From Catajapyx aquilonaris (lineage: Eukaryota), in assembly GCA_000934665.2 (NCBI GenBank), contig KZ538216.1, positions 62,001 to 98,993 on the forward strand: 36,993 nt of DNA, in the 5' to 3' direction. Both the position numbers and the translations under genes were made by a program. Positions 14,103 to 26,075 of the stretch are shown here, piece after piece. Under the pieces are notes generated by a model. It was not told the DNA's origin, ran no database searches, and was given only the letters and a program-made list of their open reading frames with translations. Within the stretch, counting starts at the first letter, position 1, and the number at the start of each line of letters is the position of its first letter.

Positions 14103-15761
14103 GGCAGCAAGTCGAGTAATTTACTAATTGTGCTATGTATTACATACTGATATAAATCATCAATAACAAGTGTATACTTCAACATAGAGGTTTTTTGATT
14201 CAGTCTGCAATTTCCAGTGGAGCAAAATTTTAAAGGCTATAGTACGAAAAGCCTGAGTTATTATCTGTGATCAATGGAGTATGCGTCCGCTCTCCCAGCT
14301 GCATGTGAACCCTACCAGTACGGCTGTCTCAGCCATTTGGGCTTGCATCGCAAGGCCTATCCTTTCCACCTTCAAATGGACATACTCCGGAGCTAGAAGG
14401 AAGTGGGAGGCAGAAAGAGTATCCTCCATCTGTGCACCACACACAAAGTTATGACTCGCCAAGGAGAGAAAGTCTTAAAGATTCTCCTTCCCAGCAGGAG
14501 GGCCAGACCGCCCCTTAAAATACCGGAGCCATTTTTTCTTCCCCATTTCTTTCTTCTCTCCTCCCCCTCCCCCCCTCTTATTCCATTGGAAACGATTTTC
14601 ATTTCCATCTACAGAGACTTTCCAAACTGGGTCGAGACGGCTCGAAGCAGCTGTAAATCCCACGTCAATAGTTTGACGCTCCCGCAGATGGTGTGGATAT
14701 GAAATGCCTTATTGCTGTTTTTTCATGCAGATTGGTGTCGTCTCGGAAGATAATGAAGCGTCAACATCTGCATCCATCCCCAAATAGAACGGGAGTTTAC
14801 GCTCTCCCTTTGTTTCTCGCCTCTTACACCATGCATACAAATGCATTCTTGCATTTCNGAAAAGAAAGGGTGAAAAAGGGGCAGGAAATAACAAGCAGCG
14901 ACTTTTCAGGCACTGAGGGTCGTTAAGCAGAAAGGTGCAGGAATGGTAAATAACAAGAGCAGTTGAAAGTTTCAAGTGGCTTTTTTTTTTGCAAACAGTG
15001 CGGAACTGATAACAAGCGACTTTTAAAAATATCAGTGTGAGTAATAGCAGCGATTTTTTTTCAACAAGCAAATTGTGAGCCAGATGCAGACAAAACACCG
15101 CGCGTAGAATATACTCCAACCAGGTTTACACATCGTGTTATCAAACCCAAACAGCAATCCGGACAATAATGCTTCGGTTGTTTATTTACAACATGACACT
15201 TGTACCGCTGAAACCGCCAATAATATTTTCCATACGCCTGAATACATGTTCAGCCGAAAATGTCGTCCAGGCTCCCCATAATAATGTAGTAATAAATATT
15301 ATTCCAGCCGGCTCCCACTGAGGTCGGTGGAGCCGCGTTCGGATTGGTCAGTGCAGATAGAGCATCAGCACATGTGGCCATTACTAACCCAACAGCGCAG
15401 TTGGGGGAAAAAGAAAATTCCATTCCGCCACATGAAGTGCACCCCACCCATATAATGCTACCAACAAATTATGTTGCAACTACTCCTGGGGATAATGCGG
15501 CCACTTATCATTCTAGCGCACTAGTTATTCATTAGTCTTGCTCCCAAAAGCTGCGATTCTATTACTGCTCTGTGCGCGACTATAAATTATTACCCACGAT
15601 TAATTCAGGTATCGGTGGGTTCCCTTCTATTTTTTTCCACTTCGCACATTGCAGTAGCTCGTGGCCACAGAAGTTTCCTGCTTGTATGAAATCACATACA
15701 TCTGATATGCCGGTGCTTATGGTATGGTCATGTTATCGATTATTTTCATTCAAATATAGTA

Positions 15762-15931
15762 TTTATAATATATAAAACAAAACGTTTTTTGGTATATATG
15801 TACATCACGGCTATCTAACCCACTTCCGGACTACTGAGAGACCTGAAACTTGGCATACTGATGGCTTATATGCCGCTGATTGCGGTAACGTCCGAAACCT
15901 GCACATTTTGAGTATAAATACCCAAAATGTG
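15762..15931 (+). mobile_element. Possible 5' part of a non-autonomous Helitron/Helentron-derived element (Lep1/DINE-1-like)
   Basis: The order tataatatataaaa...gtatatatgt...cacggctatct...actactg...gacctgaaacttggcatac resembles, from memory, the core of arthropod Helitron-derived repeats. It is followed by a 14-bp stem with one mismatch (cacattttgagtat/atacccaaaatgtg, 15902-15931). No clear CTRR-T 3' end. Confidence 0.35.
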
Positions 15932-18900
15932 GGATTTAGAAACCTGTACATTCAACATAACTTCAAAGTAACATTTAACTTAATTTAATTACCCCCTTTT
16001 AATGCGGACTCAGCAGATATGTGCAACCACAAACTGATGTAGGCTACGCCTTTTGGTGTTTAGTTGCAACTTACTGTACTAGGATTTGTGCGGCAAAGCA
16101 GTGGCAAAGAGAAGCGATAAATTATGCTCTCATTATTTCCACTAATGCAATTTTTCTTATTTTCCCGATTTTTAATTTGAGAAATGGCGACCACAAAATG
16201 ATATTATCTATTGCGCGCATTTCCCAGGAGGCCTTACGGATTCACAAAAACGTTCAAAAAAAATCCATAAGCCCGTAAAAAATTATCAACGCTTGTGGAA
16301 GCCAATGAACCTGAGTGGTAATTAACTCGTGTCACATGTCGCGTTCGAGAGTAAATTAATTTGTATATAGACCCAAGTTTGCCCCAGTGAGGCAGGAATG
16401 AATGTGTTTGCCTTGAACTGGACTAAGTGCAGTACACTCCGGCAGCTAAAAACTAACCTGCGGAGGTAAACGATTCATTAAGCAGATTACGGTTGAGTTT
16501 TCCTTGAGAGACGAATTCACACTGCAAACATACCCAGAAAGGGAGCTTTAACCTTCCAGAACTGGCTATAATTGCTCAAAATTTATCAGAACTCAAGTAG
16601 TACAAGGGTAGAAACAAAAGTGATTAGATTTTCATTAACACTTTTACGGGTGAGCGACTAAATGCATCCGTGCAGCATTAATGCAAAATGCGTTTAGTAG
16701 TCCGCATAAATGATTAGCCATAGGTCAATACAGTTCGATTGACCGTGCGCCCTCCCCAGTATTACTATTAAGCCGGGGCCAGACAGAATCAATTCGCTCA
16801 CCGAGCTCCGCTTTTCAAAATGAACGATTATTTTGCACCAGCAGCACCTGTCGGCCAGAACACGTTGGCACGAGTCGAATGGGGAGCCCCAAAATGGATG
16901 TTGTGGTTGTACACCCCCATCTCCCTACGCCACATTGGCCTAGACATATGTGACATTGGGAAGTGGGAGAGTCCCAGTGTTTCTCCATTCCCGATCTGAA
17001 TTTTCATGACACCCTGTAGTCGTCCACCAATCTGGACACATGTTTTTAAAAATTCATGTGGATCCAACTCGTGAATTGGTAGCTTGGGAACCCCAAAGAA
17101 ATTGCCACGACTCATCATGCTGCTACCTTACACACTTCCACTCTCCCAGCTTCTCCGTCCCCCACCCACGGACTACACTTGAATTCAATAAAAGGGCTTT
17201 ACTAATGGCTCCAAATTGCCCCCGAGATGCATGACTTGGATTTTTCTTTGGCACAAACTGCCACCGACCTTTCCTATATTGCATTCGATATCGTGAGGTG
17301 TGGTACTTTCTTTGCGAGCTTCCTTCACCCAGAGAGGCAATTGTAGCGCTTTTAATGGCCTAATAAATTTTTTCTTTACGACTGCATGACCAACGAGAAC
17401 AAACAAGAAACGATAAATATCTGGGGGTATCCGTTTGGCACACAAAAACCTACACACCCCCACCTCTTTCTTTTAAAAAAATATATACGGTATATACAAA
17501 AAAGGGAAGAATGGGGAGCACGACCCAGATGTGTGGTCGTATTTGGCGGGAAATGGAAAAAGGGGGAGAAGACATTGGTCGTTATTTCGCATCAATCTCT
17601 CCACGGATGTTCAATTCTTTTTACAAATCAGGAAATTTAAATCCATTTTATGAAAAGAAGGATGGGGAAGATTCTAGTTACAAATGGGTTTTTTGGGGGA
17701 GGCCATTTTGCACACATCATAACTCTTTCTGTGTGTGTGTACACGTTGACGCTATGTTGCGTTTTAAAAAAGCGGTTGGTCTGCTTTGTTTTACCATTTC
17801 TGTTGCCTACCTGCCGCATTACAATGTGAGCGAGAGGAAAACAAAACTGGTTACATGTCTTTGTAGAACATGCTAATTAACCAATGGTTTATCCTTTGAA
17901 GAGAGACCATGCTGAACGCAAACGTGATTATTCTTTGTGGCTTCCCTGTAACTAAGCGACTGTCAAACTACCACGCTGGACTTGCCTTCACTTAAGTACA
18001 CAGAAGAGAAGCAAGTCGCCAGCACTTTTTGTAATTGGGTTGGGAAAAAAAATTTGTTAATGCTTTCTCGGTGGGTTTTGTTTGCACTAGTATAGAAGTG
18101 ATCGCGTCTGCTGTAATAAAAAGTGGGCTAGATTTTCTATGGACTCGCTGCTGTTGCCAAAGTCTTCGTACATAAACATGAAAGTAATAATAGCTGTGTT
18201 TAATTTTAAACAATGCATTAGCTAAAAGAATTAATTATCCTAACCACGTTTAATGGGTTGTTCCGCCCTTTGGGTCCAGTATTAGGTCCGCTTTTACATT
18301 ACACAGTCGAATAACAGTTTTTCGTTTGATAAAAAGACTTGGTTAATTCGACGGTGCGTTTCATTAGTTGACAAACCCACACAAAAGTGCACTCTATGAG
18401 CGTAACTCATGTGGGGTTAAAATACAGTTAAGACTATATAATTATAGGGTAAGTGCTTATAAACCCAAAATTCGACCGAAAATTACATGACATTTTGAGT
18501 GTGTGTGCAGGTCATTCCTCTCTACGTTTTAGTTCTGGTCTGGAAAAAGTTGTCACACTAATATTTAATGATGAAGCTATATGAGTCTACTCTTTTTAAA
18601 ATTACATTGCGCATATATATTTTACCTTCCTGCAACATGACTGAACTTTAGTCCATAAAAGAATTTGAGAGCCACTTATATGCACTTATTATTGATTTTG
18701 AGAAACTTTCCACTTCGCAGTATGTTAAGTCATTTCTATCCGTCATGTACAGTCGCTAACTAGTTCCGGTGAAAAATTATCCCACTCTCTTACGCTTAGC
18801 ACTGACAGAAACGTGTTCCAAAATAAAAGTCCAGATATAACATCACCTTCCGTGTAGGGGCTTCTATTTTCGTTCTTTTTTTTAGCACGAATAAAATTGC

Positions 18901-19830
18901 TCAGAATGATTTTGGTCACATTATTTCTATACGTACCTACTACTCTGCTAATTTTGGTAACTATCCTCCCTTCCGAGAGCAGTGGACAGATATATACTGC
19001 GCATTTAGCTGTAGACCACTTGTCCAACAATTAAACCTGAAGAAACCAAGCGGTATTTTACGCAGAAGGGCCTGGCGTTTCCAACAAGGATTACGGACAA
19101 CGGGAGCATGACCCCACTTCATGGAAAATCCGCTGGTCGCTTTACAAACTCGACATGTTTACGCCTCTCAGTGGAAAACTCGCGTCGTGGGAAAACTCAT
19201 TGTTACTTGCAAATTCCCTTTAACACTTGCGCTTATTGTATTTTCAGTGAAATGTGACGATAGTGCATTACTATGGCAGTTCTCCAGGAGTGTGTGTACA
19301 GTATCACTGTATAGACTTAGAGGGATAAAATTAACATTGAATTTACACTCGACCCTGATACAGTGAAGAGCAATCACAATGGCAATTGTTACTGCTCTAC
19401 AGTACAAATGTAATCATCAAATCTCTAACTCAGTAGGCACCATCTATCGTCAAAGCCTAACAATAAATGAGCGGTCTAGGACCCATATATGCCAGTGCCT
19501 GGCACTGATTTAAGACGCAAAAAGGTTTCTAGTCTTTCATTCCGGTTTCCGTTAGGGGGAAAGCTCCAGATATTTACTACAATCCGTATAGAAGTCGATC
19601 CTTCAACGATCCAGCCTTGCATTGTAGAGTCCGGTCTTTGAGACCTTACTTGAGTTCTGGTCCCCATTTCCATTTCGATCCAAAGACTGAAAAGGAATCG
19701 ATCTATCCATTTGTTCAGGTTCAATTCGACTTCTTAGAGTTGATTTCAATGCTTTTAATTCTATAGACGTTCAAGCAGAAATTATTCAAGAAATTTCACG
19801 GTGCATTCCTACAATTCCACATACCAGAAC

Positions 19831-19982
19831 ATGAATCAACGACTGTAGATCTACTGATTCATGAATCAGCGACTGTAGAACTACTGATTCATGAATCAGC
19901 GACTGTAGATCTACTGATTCATGAATCAGCGACTGTAGAACTACTGATTCATGAATCAGCGACGGTAGAATTACTGATTCAT
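19831..19982. repeat. Minisatellite, 5 x 30 bp, palindromic unit ATGAATCAGCGACTGTAGAWCTACTGATTC
   Basis: Five head-to-tail copies start at 19831, 19861, 19891, 19921 and 19951; the first and last copies are slightly diverged. Confidence 0.97.
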
Positions 19983-21740
19983 CGTTTTCTGTATGTGCTA
20001 CTCCCACATATACTGAAGACAGCCTCTTCATCTCCAGCACTTTGCCCCCGACTGTTGCACTTGATCGCTTTTAGAGGCCCTCCTTTCAAGGCTGAAACGC
20101 TGAGTTCTTGCACACCTCCGTAACCTACCTTCAAAATTGAACATAGCCTGCAGGCTGTCAGCTATTATTTAGGGTACGACTGGGTGGAGGGGGAAGGTTT
20201 GCACTTTGCAGGCACGTTAAGACTCGGTAACAAAGTTCTACTCCAAGTGATTCATGGGAATATTGTGCATGGAACAAGCCCCGCGTGGCCCCGGAAACTC
20301 ACCGTAAGCATCGGCCTTGGCGGAAGAATTAGTGAGGAATTTAGGGAGTATTGCCGTCTTCCCAAGTGCTGGGGTGCCGCCTGCGGACGACTGTTACACC
20401 ATTATATCAAGGCAAGATCCGTGCGAGGGGTGGGCTGGCAGCTAGCGACTAAATCAAGCCGGAGTTTTCCGGACAGGTAACTAGAAACAAGCAAAAGAAT
20501 ATTGGCCACTGTGGCTTCGTTCAACCATTCTAATCAGACCATGCTTGTCCGTGCACAAAATGTTGACATGGCCGCCTGGAATAATCAGTCCAGGCACGAT
20601 CATATTGTTCCCCACATAAAACCTGTTACAAGCAGTGTTTCTGTAAATGTGATGACTTCCGAGGTTTGCTTACACGCGTCGTACTTACCACAACATTTGC
20701 TTCCAGAGACTCGAAAATTGGACGACGATGATATCAAAGTGTGCATTGCTCTGCGTGACTCCACTCCAACCCCTTTCTTTCCGGGCTCGGACATGGCAAA
20801 CAGCCACAAAGGACAAAGTGCCAGTTAATTGAGAGTGGGGAGGCTGGCGGTTGTAGTACTCCGGCACGTTAAACTATACAACCGGCTCTTCTCACCTGGT
20901 CGCAATGTTGCAAATCGAGTCCGGGAAATAGTGTATTTATCACTTCGGACAGTGTGCAGGACTCGCCCCAACAGATCCAACGGGGTAATATTCCCTCCAT
21001 GAGCTCGTAATCGCGTCTGCTCAATGACATTATTAGCGTTCCCCAAAGACCCCCCTCCCTACTCCCCTTTTCCACCCCCTATTTGGCGCCAATCTCCAAA
21101 GCCAACCTCGCCGGGTAATCAAGTTCATGATGGCCTACCCCTCCCTTCCGTGCCCAGTCCAACCCTCATTAGACGCAGTTCACATTATCATCATTTGGCT
21201 GCAGTCAAAAGTAATCATGGTAATCACACACTGGTCGGATTGCTAAAACAGCTACTGTACCGAAGAGGAATTGTCGTGTGCGGATGTGTATGTGTAGGAG
21301 GCGGGGAAACTTCCCAAGTCCACATGTCAAATGAAGATTCGCGCCCAAACATGGCGGCTGAGCTTCAAAAGTGATTCGTCATCTGATTGGATTATTCAAT
21401 TGGAAATTGGTCACGCAGCTGCTCTTTATTGCTGCGGACACAACCGCTACTGTTTGCTCTGAAGGTGCAATTCGGGTTCCCTCCAGCTCGAAGCTCGCTT
21501 TATTACTCCGTAACAAAGAGGGGGGCAGGGGGGGGGGGGAGATCCCCAAATCTCAGCCTCCCCTCAGGCGCCACTCCTCCATCGCAATCTTATTTTCACT
21601 TTTATCGGGTTGTGTCATGACCAGGGCAAAGGAACCTCTGGGTTCTTCAGGAAGGTAGTGCTATGGAAACTCGGGCGTAAACAAAGCGTGTCAAGGGTTG
21701 CGACAAATTGTGTTTCGAGACAATTTTATTTCTTGCCTAA

Positions 21741-21952
21741 AGGCCGCTTCTCAAACTCGCCGTTGCGAAAGGCAACATCGCACGCAGAAAGTTCACCCGG
21801 TTGGACGCCAGCGCAACACTCGCACTCGGTCATCGCACGCAACATTTGTAAATAGCCCTTCGCAAATTTTTCGCGCCCCGCTCGGGCAAATCCGAGTTTG
21901 TAAAACCGGCATTTCGCTCCGCTTTCGCAACGCCTAGTTTGTGAAGCGGTAT
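21741..21952. mobile_element. PIF/Harbinger-like (Tourist-type) MITE, 212 bp, TAA target duplication
   Basis: Left aggccgcttctcaaactcgccgttgcgaaag (21741-21771) vs reverse complement of right end (21922-21952) ataccgcttcacaaactaggcgttgcgaaag, 26/31. TAA at 21738-21740 and 21953-21955. Internal direct repeat catcgcacgca at 21776 and 21831. Confidence 0.75.
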
Positions 21953-22052
21953 TAAGGTAGAAAAAGATGCGGAAAAATATTTCAAAATTGTTTAATCATA
22001 AAAAGATGGGAGCAATCTCGTGATAGGTGTTAAAAACAGTTTCTTTTTTGAA

Positions 22053-22100
22053 AGAGAGAGAGAGAGAGAGGGAGAGAGAGAGAGAGATAGAGAGAGAGAG
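22053..22100. repeat. (AG)n microsatellite, about 24 units with two interruptions
   Basis: Read directly; substitutions at 22071 and 22088. Confidence 0.97.
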
Positions 22101-22855
22101 CTTCACACAGTGATTATTACATCTATTAGTAGCGCAGGTACGTTACAAAACAAGCCTTGTTATCTCGGTTCCGGAAAGCCAATCTGAGCGTCGACCTGAA
22201 AATGCAGCGTAAATTATGAATCCTCTCGTTTGACCTAGATGCCTAGTTGACGAAGCAATTAGCGTGGGGGTTTTTTTTTGGTACCATCGCCATAAACTGT
22301 AAGCTAAAAGCGGATAGTACGGGTTTATGGTTGTCAACAAACATTTCAAAGCCATTAAAATAGCTCAGGCGATGTTGCATTCCTAATTCCGAATGAATTA
22401 CATTAATTCTTAACAAGTATAAATCGGTGTTCCAGTCATAAAGGGAAAAGCATTTTCAATATTCAAAGGGGCCTATTGTTGGAAACAAACCATGGGAAAA
22501 TAGTCAATGTGGCAGGAGGAATTCACATTTTGGAGAGGACCCCCTCTTAACTGATATCCCTCGATTGTCCCTGCGGATAAAATGTCATATGCTCTAGTGG
22601 TAGGGGGCTGGGGAGGACAGAACCATAGTGTACTCCTCCGTATGGCAGGAATGGGAAGTGGTAGAGGGTGAGTCACCTCGTTAGCTAAGGCCACCCCACC
22701 CTCCTGAGCACCCTCCGCGACCCGGTTCTATCGGCAGCAATTAGGGCCAGAGATTCAATTATGTCCTTCCAATGTTCTTCGCTGCATCCCAGCCAACTTT
22801 AAATCCCAAGGGACACTTTCACACTTGACATTTTCTTCCTCTAAAAAAGAATGTA

Positions 22856-23882
22856 ATGGCCAGAGGGGAAAATAGGGGGGAAGAAAAATAGGAAGATTAT
22901 ACGTGCGGACCATTTCCCACGCCTCCATACTTGTCCCCCCACCCTCCCCTTTCCAACCGACCAAATGTTTCGCTAATAGCTCCCAGTCTCTCCAAGATGG
23001 CGCCAACGCACATGCCTTTCTTTCCCACAACTGAAAATGGTCACGCAAATCGCCATGTTGGATGGGTCTCAACAGGATCTCGAGGCCCTAAAGCGAATCA
23101 AATGACTGACACTGAATCCGTCGGGAATTTTTTAATATTGGCTGCCACGCATATTTCCTAGCGCCAAGCCATATTTAATGATCGCATATTTTGAGGGCAC
23201 CATGGGGGCGATCAAAATGTGCATGTTTAACTGTTTGCGCCCCTGTGTCAGATATTTATTTTTGCAACCGAACTCGATTTTTGCAGTTGCCACTCGGATG
23301 TATCTGTGCAAATGGGTCCAAATTATCCGCCGTATAGTGGCCTGAGCCGTAGTGTCAACATAGGGACTGGCCTGGGGGGGAGGGTGGGGGGAGGTGCAGG
23401 TCACCCTTTTGTCCATTAGTCATTCCAGTTCGTTAGCTACATCGGGCGTGGATGTCCCCAAGATCCTCTTGGCCCCCCTCCCGCCCCCATTTTCCCTGAG
23501 GACCACTGCACCTGGCTCTTCCAGCAGACCGCCCATTTGGACCGAGCAAAGCCGATCTGTCGTCTCCGTCTGGACGCCACCCTTCCAAATTACCAGCCTC
23601 ATTTCCCTACCCTAACAAAAGCTGCCATCTTTGGACAGCCCGTACCAAACACTCCTCATGGCCAATTTTGACCAAAATTTGCATCAATCAGGAGAGAAGT
23701 TGTGTCAAATATCAGTTCTTGATACCAGGTTGGACACTCGGGGGCTGTAGCTTTGGAAAGCGACCAACTGGATAATTTCCTGCGCGGCGCACTAGTATGA
23801 CCGACATTAAATAGGACAACTTCATCTCCGGCAATGGCATCATTCGGAGAGCCCCAAGCTCAGAACTGCCATACTTGATGGC
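22856..23882. promoter_or_regulatory. Putative regulatory block rich in YY1/Pho core motifs (GCCAT/ATGGC)
   Basis: Nine cores at 22856, 22997, 23052, 23168, 23624, 23658, 23834, 23868 and 23878, including extended matches caagatggcg and cgccatgttg. Function is inferred only. Confidence 0.25.
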
Positions 23883-24756
23883 AACTGCTGTAATTTGCGC
23901 GTGCCTTTTTTGTCAGCTTGGATGCAGCACGTGTGTGCCCGAAGAGCGGAAAAGCTGTTTTAGGAAGGCTGATCGCACGCTGGGGTACTTTTGCGAGCTG
24001 ACTTCAATTACAAGATGAACTGCGTAAAAAAAGAGAGAAAGCAAAGCTCGATATCTGGCCACCGATGAAAAATTCGCAAAACAAACTAACAAAATGGTCT
24101 AGGATGCAGGTTTTAAGCTGGAAATTGCAACAAATAATTTGAAGGTATGCTTAAACCTAATATTAGTATTAAATATGTTTAATCACCCCTAAAGGTTACT
24201 CTGCAAATTTCATAATAAGTAGTTTAGTAGTTTAAATCGCTATTTAGTAGGGAAGTAATATTGTATGCTTGATTTATACTATAGCTGATGCAAATCTTGC
24301 CAAACTAAATGTCAGCTTTAAAAACTGTTAGCTGACTGACAAGCTCAGCATCGTGGTTATCGAATATCTACTTACAAGTACAGGACCCCCAGAATAATCA
24401 CTTCCTAGGAAAGCTCCTAATGCAGACTAGGATACAGGTTACTTATCCCATTACCAGTCTGCTTACTAGAGATAATAATACGTATTATAGGATCCAACCG
24501 AGTGGCATATTGCCTCGAAGCTTAGAAAATGTGCTCAGATTTATCTCTAAACCATTTCATTATGAATAGTATACATCACCCACTCGCAAACTCCCAGCCA
24601 GTCTTCATTATTTGCAGATGTATGCAGAGTATGCGCGCATTGTAACCCCAACGCCCACAACAAGGTACAGTTATCATTTTCCTAAAACGAGGTATACACC
24701 ATGCAGAAATGGCCTGAGCACCCACTAAAAAGAGGACACAAACACACCCAACAGTT

Positions 24757-24806
24757 CCCCCCCCCCCCCCCNNNNNNNNNNNNNNNNNNNNCCCCCCCCC
24801 CCCCCC
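24757..24806. other. Assembly gap (20 N, 24772-24791) inside a poly-C tract
   Basis: C15-N20-C15 read directly; there is also a single N at 14858. Confidence 0.98.
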
Positions 24807-25765
24807 AAAAATGAGTGTGCATTCATCAAACCATCACCGCACGCATTACCCCCACATGCTGCTCACGTGATGGATTACATTCAAAGCGGTCTTGGTAATT
24901 AGGGTTTTTATTTTGATAGTGTGCGAATGACAAAGCTTCCGCTCATCTGTTGTATCAATCCGGACTAGGAAGAGGAGCCCCGGCACGATATATTGCCCAG
25001 TGAATGCCAAATATTAACCGAGTCGGATATTAGGAGCCCGATTATTTCCACAGCACTCATGTAGCGCGTAGCATTTGTCGCGGGTGATTACGCGTCCAGC
25101 GAATCGTGACTCCAACATATGGCCACATTAAGTAGCCTCCCCCATACGGCGACGCATATGAACTATTTGTCAGCCTTCAATGCGAACTTCATTGTAACGA
25201 ATACCTATCACCTAATCGATGGGACAGTTTGACTGCGACCCGTACTAATGGCTTGTGGGTGCAACAAAACAAGTTCTTTGTCACCCTGGTGATGAGGCTC
25301 AAAAACCCGTCAAGACCTTGTTATGAAAACCGGCGGCACTGTTGAAGGGTGATGGACAAGTTATGCCAGGCATTTTTGGAGGGGATATGAACAAAAAAAA
25401 TGGCTGCTGGTGAGGGGGCAAACATCTAGGCTTGCTAGATTCGCCGGCATTTGTTCCCATGGTAACGCTTGTGACATTAAATGCCAATCATTAGATCGGA
25501 TTATACTCGTACACCTGCTGTGTGCTGTGGAGCTATGGTTTTCAAACGTGTTCCGCAATTCGTGGGTAATTATTTGCGAAGGTGTAGAGTATAGCCTACC
25601 TGACCCAATATGTTGGCTTCCTTTAGAAAAATATTTTCTGTCTCGGTTAGGTAACAAGCAGCCACCTCTAATTAAAACTTCTGTTGTTGTCTAGTTCATA
25701 TGCTGTATAGATACTTGTGATCCTAGGAGCTTCGCTTTCATTACGAACATCATAAAGGCGCTTAA

Positions 25766-25802
25766 GCCCAGTTAGCTCAAATGGCAGGGCACTTGTTGGG
25801 CA
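25766..25802 (+). pseudogene. Degenerate tRNA-like / SINE-head fragment
   Basis: gcccagttagctcaaatggcagggca resembles a tRNA 5' end with Pol III A box (compare tRNA-Lys GCCCGGCTAGCTCAGTCGGTAGAGCA). gttgggc can close an acceptor stem, but the anticodon and T arms and the B box are missing. Confidence 0.3.
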
Positions 25803-25889
25803 TTGCTTTGTAATTCCCCCTGACGAGAGTATTATCTATTTCTTTTGTGCTTACAGAGGCAAAAATATGGTGTGTATATATACACACAG

Positions 25890-26075
25890 AGCTCCGGGCT
25901 TGCCCCATGTGACCTTTTGGTTCTTCCCCATGTTGAAAAAGACTTTTCTATACAAGCTTTTCGGGCCGTCAAGAAGGTAAAGCGCATCTCGACGTTCTCT
26001 CATGGATGAAGTATACGGAGTTTGAGCAGTGATATCGACGTGAGAAGGCCCGCTATTGTGCCCCTGGTCGCATAC
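25890..26075 (+). mobile_element. Degraded mariner (DD34D) transposase C-terminal relic
   Basis: agc tcc ggg ctt gcc cca tgt gac (c) ttt tgg ttc ttc ccc atg ttg aaa aag = SSGLAPCD/FWFFPMLKK with a +1 frameshift at 25914, matching the mariner motif YSPDLAPxDFxLFxxLK. Downstream ttt gag cag tga tat cga cgt gag aag = FEQ*YRREK (26021-26047) matches FxxWxxRWEKC. Confidence 0.7.

Noticed and set aside
13851..14150. Poly-Ile/poly-Leu membrane peptides
   Set aside because: They are translations of the (ATT)16 microsatellite
15309..16698. Short isolated hairpins at 15309-15335 and 16657-16698
   Set aside because: Stems of 11-12 bp with bulges, no target duplication or RNA-gene context; expected by chance
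19831..19982. CRISPR array
   Set aside because: The repeats are palindromic and about 30 bp, but head-to-tail with no unique spacers, no cas genes and a eukaryotic context
24619..24665. Possible 47-nt exon encoding VCRVCAHC
   Set aside because: Weak donor (GTACAG) and no other zinc-finger exons are identifiable
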